Positions 61,425 to 64,000 of a DNA stretch of 64,000 nt are shown piece after piece (the stretch's first letter is position 1; the number at the start of each line of letters is the position of its first letter). The position numbers and the translations under genes are program-made. The notes under the pieces are model-generated. The model was not told the DNA's origin, made no database searches, and saw only the letters and a list, made by a program, of their open reading frames with translations. This stretch comes from Octopus sinensis (lineage: Eukaryota): the NCBI RefSeq assembly GCF_006345805.1, contig NC_043006.1, positions 39,060,001-39,124,000 of the forward strand, in the 5' to 3' direction.

Positions 61425-61840
61425 AATATGATTTTTGAAATGAGAATGACGGACAAGGTGTTAGAGCACCAAAGACTAGATCTAGTAACCTTTAGGAGGG
61501 ACAAACATGGGTGCCTAATAATCGATGTGGCAGTACCAGGAGATCAACATAGCATTATGAAAGAAACAGAAAAGATTGATAAATATGAAAACCTGAGAAT
61601 TGAGATTATGAAAACATGGCAGCTATGAGAATCAAACATAGAGGTTGTCCCTGGTGTTATCAGCGCACTGGGTTCAATCCCACCTAACTTGAAGAAACAT
61701 CTGGAAACTTTAGAAATACCCTACAATCTAGGTGTATTCCAAAAATTGGCATTACTTGGAACTGCACACATAAAATACTGTCTGTCTGAGGTCCTCGTGA
61801 CTTGACAGGCAGTTCAAACCCCGGAAGGCATAATATCTTC
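61425..61840 (+). mobile_element. R4/Dong-clade 3' fragment with (TAA)n tail
   Basis: TDKVLEHQRLDLV..CLIIDVAVPGDQH..KETEKIDKYENLRIEI.K.W..VVPGVISALGSIP..LKKHLE.L..FQKLALLGTAHI. The 3' UTR TGTCTGAGGTCCT..TGACTTGAC is shared with 20174-20200. Confidence 0.85.
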
Positions 61841-61894
61841 AATCAACAACCTCACGATATTGTATACTGTGCGACGTCTATAATAATAATAATT

Positions 61895-62245
61895 GAACAA
61901 CTATGATTATCTGAAGTGGGAAATACAAAGGTTGTGGTCAATGAGGAGAGTACTCATGATACAAATAGTAATTGGTGCACTTAGAGGTATTAGCACTCAA
62001 CTACCAGCATGGCTGAAAAAAACTGGTACAAATGTAAAGATACAGTACCTAAAATAAATCAGCATTTCTTGGAACTGAAAGAACTGGCATTACTTGAAAC
62101 TGCATGCATATTACGTAAAGTACTGCTTGTCTGAGGTCCTTGTTATGACTTGACAGGCAGTACAAACCCACACCTTTGTAGACATAATATCTTCAATCAA
62201 CAACATCATGATATTGGATACTGTGTGATGTCTTAAAAATAATAA
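61895..62245 (+). mobile_element. Further R4/Dong-type 3' fragments
   Basis: IVIGALRG.. remnant, then LALLETACILRKVLLV* and a 3' UTR nearly identical to that at 61780-61835. Confidence 0.7.
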
Positions 62246-63449
62246 TTGTTTCTAATTTTGGTAGAAACCCAAGGTGTCACACAGTGGGACCGAACTGAAG
62301 CCATGTTTCTGGAAAGCAAACTTATTAACCATGCAGCCAAGCCTGCACCTATTTATATATTAAAACTGAATGCAGTCAGACAGGAGACAAGACAGAAAAT
62401 ATTAAGCAGAGCCAAATATTATTAATTTTATTTTGTATTTTTGTGTTTTAGTTTCTCATATTTCTATTGTAACATCTCTATCTCCATCCTCACAAAGTAC
62501 AAACATACTGATGTATTTTACAAACAATCTTCGCTTAATTATCAAATAATTAATTGGTTGATTACATTAATTGACTTTCTAATAAATCATTATTATTTAG
62601 AAATTTCATAAAATTGTTATGTTTATGTGAGCGTATATGTTGTTTAATTCAACAAGTGAATGTTCTTATCAGCATTGACAGTTTCATGAAATAACCACAT
62701 ACAGACTGTGAACCAAGGTAGGTTAATATAATAAGCTTCATTTCCTAGCTGCATAATCTTATATCTAGGGACAGGGATGAAGTAGCTCAAATAATCTTTA
62801 TGAGATCAACTGAATATCAAATATATACCTTATAATCCTCTACTGTGCTTGAAGATCAGTTCAAGACATTTGTACTGAACACCAATGTGGAGAAGATATT
62901 TTTGTTTGAAAAGGATTTAAGGGAAATCTTTACCTCAACAATAAATTAATAGATAACCTTCTGCCTTGGTTGGAGTTATCTTCTAGGCTTATTATGGAAA
63001 CATAAGCCCACAGATAATACTATTGCTTTCAAATGAGTAAGACACCCAAGAGAGATATAAAAAAAATCTTATGGAGGAGAAAAAATGAGTTTGGAGTTTT
63101 ATGGGGAAGAAAATAGACTAGGATAATCAAGATTTCTTGCATAAGAATAAATCCTTGAATGGATTAGGAGAGGAAGCATGAAATTATATTGTATGCATGT
63201 CTTTTTTTTGAGAGATATAAGTACTGAGATTGAATCCTAAACAGAGACCACTGTTTCGTAAGAATTATGATATATATACACACACATATATACATATATA
63301 TACATATATACGAACCCTTTATTCGCAATATTACCGAATCTGGAACATAACTATGGTCTGTCTATAAGACTTATTCAGCATTACCTGACAACTTTGGGTT
63401 TCAATGACACCATTATCTCATATATATATATATACATACATACATATAT

Positions 63450-63483
<34 letters not shown>

Positions 63484-63489
63484 CGTAAA

Positions 63490-63905
63490 GCACAGGAGTG
63501 GTTGTGTTGTAAGTAGCTTGCTTCCAAAACCATATGGTTCCAGGTTCAGTACCACAGCATGGCCCCTTGGGCATGTCTCTTCTACTATAGCCTTGGGCCA
63601 ACCAAAGCCTTGTGAGTGGATTTGGTAGATGGAATCTGAAAGAAGACTGTCGTATATATATATATATATAATATATATATATATATTTGTGTGTGTGTGT
63701 GTATGTTTCTCCCTCCACAATCGCATGACAACCGATGCTGGTGTGTTTATGTCCCCGTAACTTAGCAGTTTGGCTTAAGAGACCGATAGAATAAGTACTA
63801 GGCTTACAAAGAATAAGTCTGGGGGTCGATTTGTTTGACTAAAATTCAGTGCTCCAGCATGGCTACAGTTAAATGACTGAAACAAATAAATAAAAGAATG
63901 AAAGA
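63490..63905 (+). mobile_element. Full-length CORE-like SINE
   Basis: Collinear with 47224-47640. Confidence 0.88.
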
Positions 63906-63913
63906 ATATATAT

Positions 63914-64000
63914 ACAGGGTGCATAAATTATTTGAAGACATACATTTTGGGGGTCATTGCTGCATTTTTTGCTAACTCTGTATAAACTTTGTTTCAGGAA
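63914..64000 (+). mobile_element. Possible left end of a Tc1/mariner element
   Basis: TA-CAGGGTG start is typical of Tc1-type TIRs; the element is cut off by the window edge. Confidence 0.3.

Noticed and set aside
9-63726. Dozens of ORFs rich in Y/I/H/T/C/V/M
   Set aside because: They are translations of (TA)n, (CA)n, (TG)n and (ACAT)n microsatellites and are often open on both strands and several frames. They have no domain content.

Overview
AT-rich, microsatellite-saturated animal genomic DNA with no host protein-coding exon that I can support. It is most likely a long intron or gene desert. The repeat families suggest an octopus (coleoid cephalopod) genome; this is an inference from recalled repeat sequences, not a database hit. 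The window is a mosaic of decayed mobile elements. These are several tRNA-derived SINE families (CORE-like, Meta-like, V/CORE-like), an RTE-tailed non-autonomous element carrying a ~60-66 bp tandem array, and 5'-truncated R4/Dong, RTE and CR1 LINE remnants. There is also a full-length dead DD36E Tc1, a mariner fold-back, TTAA-flanked piggyBac-type MITEs, a non-autonomous Helitron and Penelope-like (PLE) terminal fragments. Nearly all ORFs in the supplied track are translations of simple repeats. The most notable signals are: (1) several minimal hammerhead-ribozyme folds in PLE-like fragments, including a well-folded copy with a G3:C8 swap of the core C3:G8 pair and another with U3:A8; (2) a canonical zero-length-exon (recursive splice) junction on the minus strand at 40284/40285; (3) a tRNA-Asp head fused to a SINE-type 3' tail; (4) many fold-back palindromes; (5) small unique islands with Hox/Pbx-type motifs. 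Boundaries of decayed repeats are approximate.
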